The notes beneath the pieces were generated by a model. That model saw only the letters and a list, made by a program, of their open reading frames with translations, had not been told where the DNA came from and did no database searches. Made by a program: the position numbers and the translations under genes. Positions 11,242 to 20,573 of a stretch of DNA of 64,000 bases are shown here, one piece after another. Origin of the DNA: Thermomicrobiales bacterium (lineage in GTDB: Bacteria > Chloroflexota > Chloroflexia > Thermomicrobiales > UBA6265); assembly GCA_041390825.1 (NCBI GenBank), contig JAWKPF010000019.1, forward strand, positions 10,894 through 74,893, given 5' to 3'. The number at the start of each line of letters is the position of its first letter. Position 1 is the first letter of the stretch.

Positions 11242-12258
11242 GTGGCATTACGGCTGGCAATCAATGGGCTTGGACGGATTTCGTCCCAGTTCCTTCGGGT
11301 CGTCGATCGAGGCGGCTTTTCTGATCTTTTCGAAGTTGTGGCAATCCACGATGAGGCTGGTCCCGACGGGATCGCGCGCGCCCTGCGGCACGATGCGGTC
11401 TACGGGCCGTTTCCACGCGAGTTCTCGGTCGAAGACGAAACACTGACCATTGGCGATCAGTCGATTGCGCTCTCCGCGCAGGCGGAGGCAAGAAACTCGA
11501 CCTGGGGCAAGATGGATATTCCCCTGGTCATCGTCGATGGCTCGGCCGCGCGGGATGCCTCTGCGCTCGATCAGCATCTGAAGAAGGGCGCCAAGAAGGT
11601 CATTCTGCCATCGGCGTCGACGTTGGCCAACGTCAACATCGGGATCGGTGTCAATGAGGAGAGCTACGACGCCGAGGCGCATGAGATCGTCGCTTCGGCC
11701 GCGGGAGCGCTCGGCGCGATCGGCATGTTTTTTCAACTCGTCGATGGTGCAGCCAAGGTGCGGGTTGCCAATGCCACGGTGCTCTCGCCAGCAGGCTTTG
11801 GCCGCCCGTTGCTCGACAGCCCAGCGGCAAGAGGAAGCGCCGGATCGCTGGCGCCAATCAATGACGAGTACCCTCCGGTGCTCGAGCAGCTGGTCGGCAA
11901 GCTCCACAATCGGCTGAGTGTGAACACGTTCGAGACTCCAGCATTGGGAGTCGGGGCGATTTCGTTTGGGGTTTGGCTGGAACAGCGGGTGACGCACGAA
12001 TCACTGCGTGAGCTGGTGACGAACGCCTCGCAAGGCGAGGACCTGATCGGATTGATCGGCTCGCTCGACGGAGTGACCGCATCGTCGGACATCTTGCGGG
12101 ACTCCCGCTCGCTGGTCATCGATTGGAGCGAGTCCCGGTTGCTCTACGACACGTTCGTCACCCTCAAAGGTTGGTACGACGCGGAGTGGGGCGCTGCGTG
12201 CCGCCTGGCCGATCTGCTCGCACTGATCTGCGAAGAGGGTGTCCCCGGCACCGCCTGA
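11242..12258 (+). CDS. GAPDH-fold protein lacking the catalytic Cys/His (probable pseudoenzyme)
   Basis: LRLAINGLGRISSQFLRV..VVAIHD...KKGAKKVIL...IVASAAGALGAIG...WYDAEWG aligns by eye with GAPDH. The SNASCTTN active site reads ASAAGALG, and no His is present in the TTVHA segment (ANATVLSPA). Start chosen at GTG 11242 (GGGAG SD); the ORF-track start is 11218. Confidence 0.72.
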   Translation: MALRLAINGLGRISSQFLRVVDRGGFSDLFEVVAIHDEAGPDGIARALRHDAVYGPFPREFSVEDETLTIGDQSIALSAQAEARNSTWGKMDIPLVIVDGSAARDASALDQHLKKGAKKVILPSASTLANVNIGIGVNEESYDAEAHEIVASAAGALGAIGMFFQLVDGAAKVRVANATVLSPAGFGRPLLDSPAARGSAGSLAPINDEYPPVLEQLVGKLHNRLSVNTFETPALGVGAISFGVWLEQRVTHESLRELVTNASQGEDLIGLIGSLDGVTASSDILRDSRSLVIDWSESRLLYDTFVTLKGWYDAEWGAACRLADLLALICEEGVPGTA

Positions 12259-12288
12259 TTCCAGCTTTCGATTTCTGGAGACGTGCAT

Positions 12289-13470
12289 ATGGCAATGCGA
12301 ACCCTGGAAGGCGTCGACGTATCTGGCAAGCGCGTGGTGGTGCGTGTCGATTTCAACGTTCCACTGGACGGAGGCGTGATTCAGGACGATACGCGGATCC
12401 GTGCGGCGTTGCCGACGATCGAGTGGCTGCTCGATGGTGGCGCAGCGGTCGTCCTCGTTTCTCATCTTGGGCGTCCCAAGGGCAAGGTCGATGCTGCGTA
12501 TTCGCTCCGCCCTGTGGCGGATCGGCTGTCGGAGCTGCTCAGACGCCCGGTGCAGTTGGCGGACGACGTGGTCGACGAAGATGCCAGGAGCCGGGTTGCG
12601 CAACTACGACCGGGCGATGTGCTGCTGCTCGAAAACGTTCGTTTCGAAGCGGGCGAAGAGAAGAACGACGATGCTCTGGCGCGCAAGCTTGCGGCGTTCG
12701 GCGATCTCTATGTGAACGACGCCTTTGGGGCCGCGCACCGGGCTCATGCCTCCACCGCAGGCATTGCCCAGCATCTTCCCGCCCACGCTGGCTACCTGAT
12801 GGCGGCTGAGGTCGAGGCCCTGGGCGCGCTCATGGACGACCCCGCTCGTCCGTTCGTTGCGATCCTTGGCGGCGCCAAGGTATCTGACAAGATCGGGGTG
12901 ATCGAGAATTTGCTGTCACGCGTGGACGCGGTTTTGCTCGGCGGCGGAATGGCGAACACCTTCCTGCTTGCGGAAGGCAAGGCGGTCGGCGACTCTCTGG
13001 TCGAGGCAGACCTCGTCGACACTGCCTCCAGGATCATCGCGTCCGCGCGAGACAAAGGTGTCGACCTGTTGTTGCCGGTCGATGTCGTTGCCGCTCCGGG
13101 ATTGGACGGTCAGGCCGCGATCATCGATGCCGATGGCATCCCGGACGGTTGGGCAGCATTCGATATCGGACCGCGGACAGAGAAAGACTTTTCGGATGTA
13201 ATTGCGGGCGCCAGGACGGTGTTCTGGAACGGACCTATGGGCGTCTTCGAGAAACCCGTCTTCGCCCATGGCACGTTGGCCATTGCGAAGGCAGTGGCCG
13301 AGTCTGGAGCATTCACCGTCATCGGAGGGGGAGATTCCGTGTCGGCCATCGAGCAATCGGGGTTGGCTGGCAAGATCTCTCACATTTCCACTGGTGGCGG
13401 CGCATCGCTCGAATTCATCGAGGGGCGGGAGCTCCCCGGAATTGCCGCGCTGGAGGACGAGACAAGATGA
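12289..13470 (+). CDS. pgk: phosphoglycerate kinase
   Basis: GKRVVVRVDFNVPL...LVSHLGRPKG...FWNGPMGVFE...STGGGASLEF. Start at ATG 12289 (GGAG SD); the ORF track gives 12283. Confidence 0.95.
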   Translation: MAMRTLEGVDVSGKRVVVRVDFNVPLDGGVIQDDTRIRAALPTIEWLLDGGAAVVLVSHLGRPKGKVDAAYSLRPVADRLSELLRRPVQLADDVVDEDARSRVAQLRPGDVLLLENVRFEAGEEKNDDALARKLAAFGDLYVNDAFGAAHRAHASTAGIAQHLPAHAGYLMAAEVEALGALMDDPARPFVAILGGAKVSDKIGVIENLLSRVDAVLLGGGMANTFLLAEGKAVGDSLVEADLVDTASRIIASARDKGVDLLLPVDVVAAPGLDGQAAIIDADGIPDGWAAFDIGPRTEKDFSDVIAGARTVFWNGPMGVFEKPVFAHGTLAIAKAVAESGAFTVIGGGDSVSAIEQSGLAGKISHISTGGGASLEFIEGRELPGIAALEDETR

Positions 13471-14219
13471 GCGCGCGCGTTCCACTGATCGCTGGCAACT
13501 GGAAGATGAATCTCGAGGAGTGGGCGGCGGTCGAGTTGGCGGGTTCGATTGCGGACGGATTGCCAAACGGACGAGCCGACGTGGTCGTTTGCCCACCATT
13601 TCCGTGGCTCACACCAGTTTCTGCCGTGCTGGAGGGAAGTCGTGTCGCACTCGGCGCTCAGGACTGCAGTGACGAACCGTCCGGCGCCTACACGGGGCAG
13701 GTCTCGGCAACCATGCTCAACGGACTGTGCCGCTTCGTTATCGTCGGACACTCGGAGCGCCGGCGCGACTGCTGCGAATCGGATGAATTGGTCGGGCGCA
13801 AGGCGAACGCGGCACTCAGCGCCGGGATGACACCGATAGCCTGTGTGGGCGAGTCGCTCGATGTGCGCGATGCTGGAAATGCCATCGCCTGGGTGGAAGC
13901 GCAAGTGGATGCCATTCTGGCGGCCATACCGGGAGACGCTATTGGCCGGATCGTGATTGCCTACGAGCCGATCTGGGCAATTGGCACCGGGCGATCCGCA
14001 TCACCGGACGACGCTGAGGAGGTGTCTTCGGCGATCCGCGCACGGATTGCTGAGGCGGACCCAGCTGCTGCCGAGACGGTCCGCATTCTCTATGGAGGAA
14101 GCGCCAATGCCGCCAATGCGGCTTCTTACTTGGACACCCCGAACATCGACGGTCTCCTGGTCGGAGGCGCGAGCCTCAAGACCGACTCGTTTCTCGAGAT
14201 CGTTGCTGCGGCCGGTTGA
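13467..14219 (+). CDS. tpiA: triosephosphate isomerase
   Basis: MSARVPLIAGNWKMN...VGHSERR...AYEPIWAIGTG...LYGGS. ATGA start/stop overlap with pgk. The 356-aa ORF-track call is an upstream read-through of pgk in another frame. Confidence 0.95.
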   Translation: MSARVPLIAGNWKMNLEEWAAVELAGSIADGLPNGRADVVVCPPFPWLTPVSAVLEGSRVALGAQDCSDEPSGAYTGQVSATMLNGLCRFVIVGHSERRRDCCESDELVGRKANAALSAGMTPIACVGESLDVRDAGNAIAWVEAQVDAILAAIPGDAIGRIVIAYEPIWAIGTGRSASPDDAEEVSSAIRARIAEADPAAAETVRILYGGSANAANAASYLDTPNIDGLLVGGASLKTDSFLEIVAAAG

Positions 14220-14296
14220 GCTTGCGTGAACGTGGGTGGTCTGGTAGCGTTCACGAGTTAGGAATTCGTTTGGTGCGCGTCAGGTAAAGCCGAAAC

Positions 14297-14518
14297 ATGG
14301 AAACAGCGCTCTATATCGTCATGATCATCCTTTCGGTGATTCTGCTGGGACTCGTCCTGTTGCAAGGCAAGTCGAACTCCTTTGGAGGAAGCCTGACCGG
14401 CGGCAGCGATTCGATTTACCGAACGCGACGGGGATTCGACCGGACGGTCTTCAACGCAACCATCATCGTTGCCATCATCTGGGCGGTCTTTGCGGCGATT
14501 TCCAGCATCGTCCAGTAG
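14297..14518 (+). CDS. secG: preprotein translocase subunit SecG
   Basis: 73 aa with two TM helices and LLQGKSNSFGGSLTGGS, the SecG glycine-rich loop. Located downstream of tpiA. Confidence 0.85.
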   Translation: METALYIVMIILSVILLGLVLLQGKSNSFGGSLTGGSDSIYRTRRGFDRTVFNATIIVAIIWAVFAAISSIVQ

Positions 14519-14536
14519 AAGCGAACCAATCAGCCA

Positions 14537-14561
14537 CGGGCGGTTTCGACCGCCCGTTTTT
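14537..14561 (+). terminator. rho-independent terminator after secG
   Basis: CGGGCGGT-TTCG-ACCGCCCG followed by TTTTT. Confidence 0.8.
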
Positions 14562-14643
14562 GCTGTCCCGGAACCGGGAATACACTGGGCGAGTATGATG
14601 GTCGCGTTGCGCAACGGCGCACGTCTTGACAGGGAGGGGTAGG

Positions 14644-15837
14644 GTGTCGATTCTGCGCGGCGCGCGCATATTGCTCGGCATCACTGGCGGCGTGGCTGCG
14701 TACAAGGCCGTCGATTTGGCAAGCAAGCTGGTTCAGGGCGGTGCGCAGGTCGATGCTGTCTTGACCGAGTCTGCACGCGAGTTCATCGGACCGGCCAGCC
14801 TGAACGCCATCACTCGTCGACCTGTGCATGGGTCGGTCTTCGAACCATGGACCGCCGACTACGCCGGGCACTTGACCCTCGGTGAAGAGACCGACTTGAT
14901 TGTGATCGCCCCGGCGACTGCGAATGCGCTGGCCACGCTGGCGCACGGTCTCGCGCCAGACATGCTCTATTCCGCCGTTCTCACGTCACGCGCTCCGGTG
15001 CTCGTTGCTCCCGCGATGGAAGATTCCATGTATCGGCATCCAGCAACGCAGCAGAATCTCGAAGTTCTGCGCCAGCGAGGTGTGACGCTGGTGGGCCCTG
15101 AGAGCGGCCGGCTGGCATCAGGAGAGTATGGCGTTGGCCGCATGTCCGAGCCCGCGACGCTGGTTGGCGCGGCACGGATGGCGCTCGGCCGCGACGGTGT
15201 GTTGGCTGGAAAGCGCATCGTTGTGACCGCTGGAGGCACTCGCGAAGCCCTCGATCCGGTGCGTTATCTTGGGAACCGCTCCTCGGGGCTGATGGGGTAC
15301 GCGGTTGCACAAGCTGCGATCGATGCTGGAGCAGCGGTCATATTGATCAGTGGCCCAACGAGCTTGCCGACGCCCTATGGCGCCATGCGCATCGACGTGC
15401 AAACCGCAGTGGAGATGAAGAACGCGGTCTCGGATGCGGTCAAGGGGGCCCAGGCTATCGTCATGTCTGCTGCCGTTGCTGACTACCGCCCAAAGGACGT
15501 TCGATCGGAAAAGATCAAGAAGTCAGAGTTGGGATCGACCCTGGCGCTCGAACTCGTGGCGAACCCTGACATCATTGCGGGTATCGACGAGCCGGGACTG
15601 CTCAAGATCGGGTTTGCCGCCGAAACGTCGAATCTCGTCGAACATGCGCGCAAGAAGTTGCGTGACAAACGGCTCGACCTCGTGGTGGCAAACGACGCCG
15701 AGCAGGCGATCGGGAGTCGCGACAATCAGGTAACCCTGGTGTGGCCTGATGGAACAGTCGAAGCGTTGCCTTTGCTGCCGAAGGATGATGTCGCCGCGCT
15801 GCTGATCGATCGAGTTAGTGGACTCCTGAAGGACTGA
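14644..15837 (+). CDS. coaBC: bifunctional phosphopantothenoylcysteine decarboxylase / phosphopantothenate-cysteine ligase
   Basis: ILLGITGGVAAYKAVDLASKLVQGG (flavoprotein domain) plus the C-terminal DFP ligase domain (SSGLMGYAVA...AAVADYRP). GTG 14644 is preceded by GGGAGGGG. Confidence 0.93.
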   Translation: MSILRGARILLGITGGVAAYKAVDLASKLVQGGAQVDAVLTESAREFIGPASLNAITRRPVHGSVFEPWTADYAGHLTLGEETDLIVIAPATANALATLAHGLAPDMLYSAVLTSRAPVLVAPAMEDSMYRHPATQQNLEVLRQRGVTLVGPESGRLASGEYGVGRMSEPATLVGAARMALGRDGVLAGKRIVVTAGGTREALDPVRYLGNRSSGLMGYAVAQAAIDAGAAVILISGPTSLPTPYGAMRIDVQTAVEMKNAVSDAVKGAQAIVMSAAVADYRPKDVRSEKIKKSELGSTLALELVANPDIIAGIDEPGLLKIGFAAETSNLVEHARKKLRDKRLDLVVANDAEQAIGSRDNQVTLVWPDGTVEALPLLPKDDVAALLIDRVSGLLKD

Positions 15838-15838
15838 C

Positions 15839-16147
15839 ATGGTTCGGCGCATTTCTCGCAATCAACAGGCAGGTTCGCAGCTCGCCCTCGAACTTGCGCT
15901 CACAGCGTATGCAATCGTCGCCGGCCTGGTCATCATTCGCGCGTTGCTCTTGAGTGTCGGAATCTCCGGTAGTCTTTGGGTCGGAAGTTTCATCTACGGC
16001 ATCACAGACCCATTTGCGTCGATACTTCAGCTCGTGCCGGGAGGTGATTTTGGTGTCATCAACCGTCTGACGCTGGCGGACCTGACAATGGTCGCTGCTG
16101 TCATCGCGTTTCCGTTGTTTCTGCTGGCCCGTGGGCCGCGTGATTGA
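15839..16147 (+). CDS. small integral membrane protein, YggT-like
   Basis: 102 aa with two hydrophobic helices. ITDPFASILQLVPGG..DLTMVAAVI resembles the YggT repeat. Family assignment is tentative. Confidence 0.5.
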   Translation: MVRRISRNQQAGSQLALELALTAYAIVAGLVIIRALLLSVGISGSLWVGSFIYGITDPFASILQLVPGGDFGVINRLTLADLTMVAAVIAFPLFLLARGPRD

Positions 16148-16184
16148 TCGTCGACGTCTTGATTCCAGGGGAGGAAACCAGGCA

Positions 16185-16307
16185 ATGAACAAGCAGATGA
16201 AGAACGCGGTACGGGGAGTCTTGATCCTGGTGCTTACTGCAGCGGTCACATGGCTGGCGAATGCAATTGTCGACCGGATGTTCGGTCCGGACGAAATCGA
16301 GGCGTAG
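16185..16307 (+). CDS. candidate 40-aa single-pass membrane peptide (below the ORF-track cutoff)
   Basis: ATG 7 nt after GGGGAGGAAA. MNKQMKNAVRGVLILVLTAAVTWLANAIVDRMFGPDEIEA has a basic N-terminus and one TM helix. Confidence 0.4.
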   Translation: MNKQMKNAVRGVLILVLTAAVTWLANAIVDRMFGPDEIEA

Positions 16308-16345
16308 GTCTGAGTCGGTCGCCATCGCTCGAAAACCAGCCTCGG

Positions 16346-17230
16346 GTGCGGTTCAGCGAGCCGCAACGAATCGTGGTCGTTGCCAATCCAAAGAGCCGCT
16401 TGTCGCCCGACCGGCTCGAGTCGATGGTGCGTGCGCGCATGCCCGCCGGATCGACGTTGCATGTTCGCCATACAAAACCCGATACACCAATCCATGGCAT
16501 CATCGAAGATCTCCTGGCAGATGCGACGGTGGCAATTGCTTGTGGCGGTGATGGGACGGTTTCACAGGTGGCCGCAGCCATTCTCGACGAGCGGATCCCG
16601 TTGGGAATCGTTCCGGCTGGTTCGACGAACATGGTTGCCAAGGTGAGTCACATTCCGTCAAATCCCGAGCGAGCGGTCGAGCTCATCTTCGGTTGGCACC
16701 ACCGTGAATGTATCGATGTCGGCCGCAGTGGCGATCGACTCATGCTGCATCTTGGCGGCTCCGGGATCGATGCCCGCATCTTCATCAACTCAAGCTCAAC
16801 GCTCAAGCGCCGCTTTCGTTGGGGGGCCTACGTGCCTGCGGCTGTCACCAGCGCGCTGGAACATCCGGCCATGTACACCATCACCGTCGATGGAGAGGAA
16901 GTGCAGGCGCGCTCCTCCCTTGTTCTGGTCGCAAATTCCGCCCAGTTGCTTCATTCGAAGATTCACCTTGTCGACGATGTGAGCCGTACCGATGGGAAGT
17001 TCGATGTACTCATCTACACAGCTTCGAACCCGGTTTCGTTGGCTGCGGCAGGCCTGACATCGCTCACGGGGCAGCTGGAGAGCTTCGGTCAGGTCATTCG
17101 GCTACGGGGTTCCCATATTCGTATCGATTCGGAACCACCTGCTCCGACAGAGCTCGATGGCGAGGTCGTCGGAGTTACCCCGCTCGAAATCGAGGTGCTG
17201 CCCGGTGCTATCGAGCTGATCCGCGGCTGA
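16346..17230 (+). CDS. diacylglycerol kinase family lipid kinase (YegS/DagK-like)
   Basis: IVVVANPKS...AIACGGDGTVSQVA...PLGIVPAGSTNMVAK are DAGK catalytic-domain motifs. The start is uncertain: GTG 16346 was chosen to avoid overlap with the small ORF, while the ORF track gives 16250. Confidence 0.78.
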   Translation: MRFSEPQRIVVVANPKSRLSPDRLESMVRARMPAGSTLHVRHTKPDTPIHGIIEDLLADATVAIACGGDGTVSQVAAAILDERIPLGIVPAGSTNMVAKVSHIPSNPERAVELIFGWHHRECIDVGRSGDRLMLHLGGSGIDARIFINSSSTLKRRFRWGAYVPAAVTSALEHPAMYTITVDGEEVQARSSLVLVANSAQLLHSKIHLVDDVSRTDGKFDVLIYTASNPVSLAAAGLTSLTGQLESFGQVIRLRGSHIRIDSEPPAPTELDGEVVGVTPLEIEVLPGAIELIRG

Positions 17231-17395
17231 TCGCGTCTTCAACTGGATGGGAACCGCAAGACCACGGAGTCGAGCGGTGTTGTGTCCGGGGACGTGTTCA
17301 GCCCACCTGAAGTAGCTCAGCCTTTCCCGGGATCTGGTCCTGGCGACCGGACAACGTGAATGGGAAACCCATCCTGGGCGCAAGAACCGGTGGCG

Positions 17396-18298
17396 CTAGA
17401 GGTAGTAGATGGCCTCGCCGGTCTCGGTTCCCATGTAGAACTGGGTTCCCTGATTGTTCGTGAAGAGCGTATTTGTTCCCGAACTTGTGTAGACCGTAAA
17501 GGTATGCCCAACGATCCAGTCGGTCGATTGGCCCATGGACAGGTTGCCCTGGAAGTACTGCACACCATCGGATGTGATCTGCACATAGATATCCGCTTGC
17601 GCGGTGATCTTGATCGCCACCGCGCCGTTTGGCAACTCGGCATCGACGGTGCGGGCAATGCCCGGTTCGCCGTTGCTGGAATCCGTTGGGGTCGTCACGG
17701 AAATCGCGCCAGGCCCGTTCGAGCTCTGGATGGCGCCGGATGCGGCATCCTCAGTCGGCGATGGAAGCGGAGTCATCGTCGCGCTCGGCGTCTCTGTTGG
17801 AGCCGATGTTGCCGTGGGAGTTGGCAGATCAGGGGTCGGACTTGGTACGAAGATCTGATCCTCGCTGACGCGCGTCACTGTCGGTTGCAAATCGATCATC
17901 GTCTGATCATCGACAGAGGGTGACTTGAAGTACGCGCTGTACATCCAGGCGAACAGCACTGCCCCGGCAATAAGGGTGAACGCGATGATGGCGAAGTTCG
18001 GCGCCCAGTGACTGGGCATATCGACCGGCTCGATCATCTGGATCGGAGGCGGGTCGTCGGGCCGGGTGCCGCGCGCTTCGTCGAACAGCTCGACGAGCCG
18101 GGTCTGATCGAGCCCGAGATAGGCCGCGTAGGTGCGCACGATGCCGCGCTGATAGGGAAGGGCAGGAAGGTTATCGAACGTCTCGTCTTCGAGCGCTGCC
18201 AGATAGTACCGGTTGATCCGGATTTCCTGCTCAGCCTGTCGAAGGGTGATTCCCTTCTGAGCACGAGCTTGACGCAGGGTATCGCCAAAGACGGACAT
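17396..18298 (-). CDS. rodZ: RodZ-like cytoskeleton-associated protein (HTH + TM + DUF4115)
   Basis: N-terminal XRE-type HTH GDTLRQARAQKGITLRQAEQEIRINRYYLAALE, one TM helix (FAIIAFTLIAGAVLFAWMY), a Pro/Thr linker and a C-terminal beta domain. Confidence 0.75.
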   Translation of the reverse strand: MSVFGDTLRQARAQKGITLRQAEQEIRINRYYLAALEDETFDNLPALPYQRGIVRTYAAYLGLDQTRLVELFDEARGTRPDDPPPIQMIEPVDMPSHWAPNFAIIAFTLIAGAVLFAWMYSAYFKSPSVDDQTMIDLQPTVTRVSEDQIFVPSPTPDLPTPTATSAPTETPSATMTPLPSPTEDAASGAIQSSNGPGAISVTTPTDSSNGEPGIARTVDAELPNGAVAIKITAQADIYVQITSDGVQYFQGNLSMGQSTDWIVGHTFTVYTSSGTNTLFTNNQGTQFYMGTETGEAIYYL

Positions 18299-18384
18299 GA
18301 TCGGGCCGAGTTCCTATGATGCGACGGTTCACAAATTGCGGGTGCGTGTCCGCGCCTCGATTAGTCTAACAAACCGATCCGAGC

Positions 18385-20289
18385 CTAACTACCCGATCGG
18401 CGTCGATCTGCGTCGTTTTCGCGAGTTCCCAGCAGCCATTGATCGACTCTGGGAGTTTGCTGGGCATGACGCGAGATGTCTCCGTCTCGTCGCCACGCTT
18501 CATCCTTGGGCGTCCACCAGCTGCCAAGCGAGTTTCGGCATGCGAGATCGTCCGCATCGACCATGCGCCGGTGATTGAAGGCCCACTTGTTATTGCACCA
18601 GCCACGCTCGCCATTCTCTGACGGCCGGAAGTCCCGGCATGTCTGGCAGATGCGCTCGACACGCGGAGCAGTGAAGCTGGGTCGCTCAGGTCGAGGGAAC
18701 TGCGACCCAATCTCTACATCCTCGCCGACAGGGAACGGCTGTTCAGCGAAGAGCGGTTGATCGCCAAACTCATCGGCAACGGGCTTGGTCGGGACCGTAG
18801 GCACGGGCTGGCGTTCGGCGTGTCGCGTTTCGGCCCGAGTGTGTCGCCAGGAGTCGTGGGCTTGCGATGGCTGGAGCTGTTCCGGTCGGATCTCCGGGAG
18901 CGGTGGCGGGATGACAAAATCGTCGTCCACATCGATCGGTGCATGCTGCGGACGCACATTGTTGTCGCGCGTGTATTGCCATGGGTCTGGTTCGCGACTG
19001 TAACGCGATCTCGTGCCAGCAGGCGTGTGTGGCTCGATGCCTTGAGCCGCAGGCGCTGCATTGACATGACGTACCGGATCGGCCTGCACCGGAAGAAGCC
19101 ATTCTGCCTCGCCGTCTTCAACCGGTTCCGTCCAGCGTGCTGAATCCCGAAGCTCCCACTCGTCCTCGATCTGCGGCGCCGAAGATGCGGCAATCGGCGA
19201 CGGGGGCGACTCTGCGAAGCCGTTTTCCTGGTCCATTTGATCGCCGATCTGCCGCTCGTGCTGACGTCGTTCGCGTCGCGTCCGCAGGAATCGGTTGAGA
19301 ATCGACTCCCGATGATGCACCGAGAGCTCTACGTCTTCATGCGAATCAAGCATCTCCTCGACGGTAAGCTCTTCTTCTTCGAACAGGTCATCAACGACAT
19401 ACGGCTCCGGAAGTACGGCATCGACCTGGCGAGTCTCGATCCAGGTGTCTTCCTGGACGAAATCGACGAGTTCGTCCTCGGCCGACTCGAACTCGACTGA
19501 TGGAACCGACTCGTACCTTGCCCGATCTTCCGGAAAGTCGGTCATCGTGGGAAAGGACCGCTCGATCTCCCGCAACGACACTGGGGCAACCGGCCGACCA
19601 TTGTCGATGGACGGAGACGGAGTCGGTCGCAGGAGCGCCCGGTTCTCGTATCGAGGGTCGATGGAATCCGGGTCAGGATCCTCCAGTACCAGGTCACGAT
19701 CATGGATCAGTTGAGCTTCGCGTGACGAGGCCAAGTAAGTCGACGATGGATCGGCGAGATGCTGATCTGCAAGGCGCCCTTCCGATCGGCGCCGCTGGCG
19801 GAATTGATCGCGTGCTCGAAGGATGGCCGCCTTCGGATCCTGCACCAGCTCGGAGGCCGACTGGGCAGTGACCGGGACATTGCTCGCTGGCGCCCAGGTG
19901 AGTGCTGGGGCCTGATTGACGATGATGTCTTCCGCAACCGTGATTCTGGCCGGTTCGGCCAGTCGTTGCGACCGCGGTTCGGACACTGGGGCGTTTTCGG
20001 TCTTGGCCGCGACGATCGAAGTGATGAGGTCGTTTTGCTCCGCCGGCCCAACTTCGGCCGCCGCGCGCCCACCGATGGCCGCCAGCGGCTGCGAACGTTG
20101 CTCACCGTCATCGGTGTTGGCCGATACCCACAAGTCCGCGTTCCAGCCATTGCGGCAGCCCAGCTCGTTGGAACGCACCATCAGACGCACATCCGAGTTC
20201 TGCCTCCGTGACGGATGGTGGCACCATCCGTTCTTTGCGAATCCTGCGGATTCGAAATAGAGACAGCTTTCGCAAATGCGCCTCTTCAC
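18385..20289 (-). CDS. hypothetical acidic protein with duplicated terminal 4-Cys modules
   Basis: GTG start. N-terminus RICESCLYFESAGFAKNGWCHH...LGCRNGWNADLW and C-terminus RICQTCRDFRPSENGERGWCNN...LACRNSLGSWW flank roughly 480 aa of low-complexity D/E/P/R-rich sequence. No family recognised. Confidence 0.7.
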   Translation of the reverse strand: MKRRICESCLYFESAGFAKNGWCHHPSRRQNSDVRLMVRSNELGCRNGWNADLWVSANTDDGEQRSQPLAAIGGRAAAEVGPAEQNDLITSIVAAKTENAPVSEPRSQRLAEPARITVAEDIIVNQAPALTWAPASNVPVTAQSASELVQDPKAAILRARDQFRQRRRSEGRLADQHLADPSSTYLASSREAQLIHDRDLVLEDPDPDSIDPRYENRALLRPTPSPSIDNGRPVAPVSLREIERSFPTMTDFPEDRARYESVPSVEFESAEDELVDFVQEDTWIETRQVDAVLPEPYVVDDLFEEEELTVEEMLDSHEDVELSVHHRESILNRFLRTRRERRQHERQIGDQMDQENGFAESPPSPIAASSAPQIEDEWELRDSARWTEPVEDGEAEWLLPVQADPVRHVNAAPAAQGIEPHTPAGTRSRYSREPDPWQYTRDNNVRPQHAPIDVDDDFVIPPPLPEIRPEQLQPSQAHDSWRHTRAETRHAERQPVPTVPTKPVADEFGDQPLFAEQPFPVGEDVEIGSQFPRPERPSFTAPRVERICQTCRDFRPSENGERGWCNNKWAFNHRRMVDADDLACRNSLGSWWTPKDEAWRRDGDISRHAQQTPRVDQWLLGTRENDADRRRSGS

Positions 20290-20573
20290 CGGGAAGCTCG
20301 CTTTCGTTCGCGGAGATATGAGTGAGAAGCAGACGGGGAGATGGCCTCATGCGCTACCCGCTGAGGTTCCAATTGCGAAACTGGTGGAATGCAGGCACCC
20401 CTCTGCCAACTGCAGGGTCATTCTAGCAAGCTGTTCGGACATTGTCTACGTGGCACGTTCAGAGCGAACGGACATGTACGAAACGGCGAATTCCGCTTGA
20501 TTCCGCGGTGACACAGAAGCACGGCTTTGCTCCGATTGGTCGCTGCCGACGGAACGCAAAATGATGTAAACTG

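Noticed and set aside
13149-14219. N-terminally extended ORF-track calls taken at face value: 356-aa tpiA, 178-aa ylxR 7748..8284, 460-aa nusA, 307-aa TrmH, 411-aa leuB, 559-aa MFS, 159-aa darA, 124-aa HU.
   Set aside because: The upstream extensions overlap the preceding gene or are Arg/Pro-rich non-homologous sequence. Internal starts with good Shine-Dalgarno sites reproduce the canonical N-termini.
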